From NCBI GenBank assembly GCA_013265495.1, contig MU061538.1, positions 248,001 through 312,000 of the forward strand: a DNA stretch of 64,000 nucleotides, written 5' to 3'. The notes under the pieces were generated by a model, which did no database searches, had not been told where the DNA came from, and saw nothing but the letters and a program-made list of their open reading frames with translations. Below are positions 63,040-64,000 of the stretch, one piece after another (the first letter of the stretch is position 1; every line of letters starts with the position of its first letter). Made by a program: the position numbers and the translations under genes. The DNA comes from Vicugna vicugna. Taxonomy: Eukaryota.

Positions 63040-63800
63040 AAGCTTTGGGAAGAAAGGTACCGATGAGATGGGAAAGACAAGTTATAGGCGTGGAAAGAGT
63101 GTTTGCCAGCAATGCACCTGAAGAAGCACTTCTCTCCGCAGTGTGTAGAGAGCTCTCAAGACTCACTGAAAAAAACAGACAAATAAAACATGAGCAAAAG
63201 GACTTCACCAAGGGGGACAAACGGGAGGCAGAAAGCTCGTGTGAAGTGTTGGACGTGGCTGTTCACTGGGGAGGTACGAGTTACAGCAGTGGTGAGAGGC
63301 CACTGCATGCCTGTCAGAGCGGCTGAACGCAGAAGACTGACTGCTCCACATGTTGGTGAGAAGGTGGGTGCACTGCACTCTCACACTGCTGGTGGGAGTG
63401 GAAGGGGGTTCAGCCACTTTGGAAAACACACACCTGCTGTCTATCCAGCCTCCCACTCCTGCCCGAGAAGGGAAGCTTTGTCCACCAGGAACAGGAATGT
63501 TCACAGAGGCTGCAATAGCAATTTCCAGCGAGTGGAGACAACCCAAGTGCGTATCAGTGAGCGAGTGGATAAACACCTTGCATTTCACCCGTTAAAGGAA
63601 ACTCTGGTTAGTAGTAAAAGTGAATACCGTGGGTGCACGCAGCAGCATGGATGAACTTGAGAGTAACTGTGCTCATTGGAAGACAGGAAAGAGCACATGT
63701 TCTCATCCCATTTATGCAGAATTTTAGAAAACGAGAACTAGAGCGTAAGGGACGGAAGGCAGGCTGGGGGTGGGCGGGGGCTGGAGACGGAGGCTGGGGA
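63040..63800 (+). mobile_element. Ancient L1 (L1ME/MC-like) end of ORF2 and 3' UTR
   Basis: gagcaaaaggacttcaccaag...cacactgctggtgggagtggaa...ccactttggaaaaca...ggagacaacccaagtgcgtatcagtg...gcagcatggatgaactt. Confidence 0.75.
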
Positions 63801-64000
63801 GGCATCCAGAGGGCAGGCAGACACGTGTGGGGTGACCGGCATGCACTGTCCTGACTGCCGGTCCCCCAGGGTGCGCCTGCGCGAGAGCGCGTGAGAGCAG
63901 AGGCACACCGTTTGCTGCGTGTCAGCTGCGCCTCAGCGACGAGCGGCCAGCGCAAGCATGCGAGTTCTCAACAGGTGCTTCGCTTAAAGAGACAAACAAG

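Noticed and set aside
1..64000. Intronic microRNA such as miR-153-2, known from PTPRN2
   Set aside because: The mature sequence ttgcatagtcacaaaagtga was not seen, and it is expected in a much more 3' intron.

Overview
GC-rich mammalian genomic DNA, very probably camelid (alpaca/llama/camel), judged from a vic-1-like tRNA-derived SINE, camelid-type L1 3' UTRs, and no Alu, Bov-A/tA or PRE1 seen. The whole window lies inside PTPRN2 (IA-2beta/phogrin) on the + strand. Three coding exons of the N-terminal RESP18-homology/luminal region have canonical AG/GT sites and compatible phases: 16394-16507, 61063-61165 and 62257-62416 (equivalent to human exons 3-5). The rest is intron. It holds a young 5'-truncated 3 kb L1 with a 15-bp TSD, many old GC-eroded L1/MIR/MLT/MER fragments, an antisense solo ERV LTR with a 23-24-bp-period CCAAT array next to a CpG-rich region, degenerate (TG/CA) tracts and a 299-N gap. 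Almost all supplied ORFs are spurious. I found no convincing new protein-coding system. The most unusual signals are non-coding: a 10-bp-phased, inverted AATT array at 33.75-33.88 kb, the CCAAT/octamer LTR, AT-rich homeodomain/SOX/POU motif islands just upstream of the exons, and AT-to-GC drift that seems to reach the protein. Repeat family names and human comparisons come from memory, not from a search.
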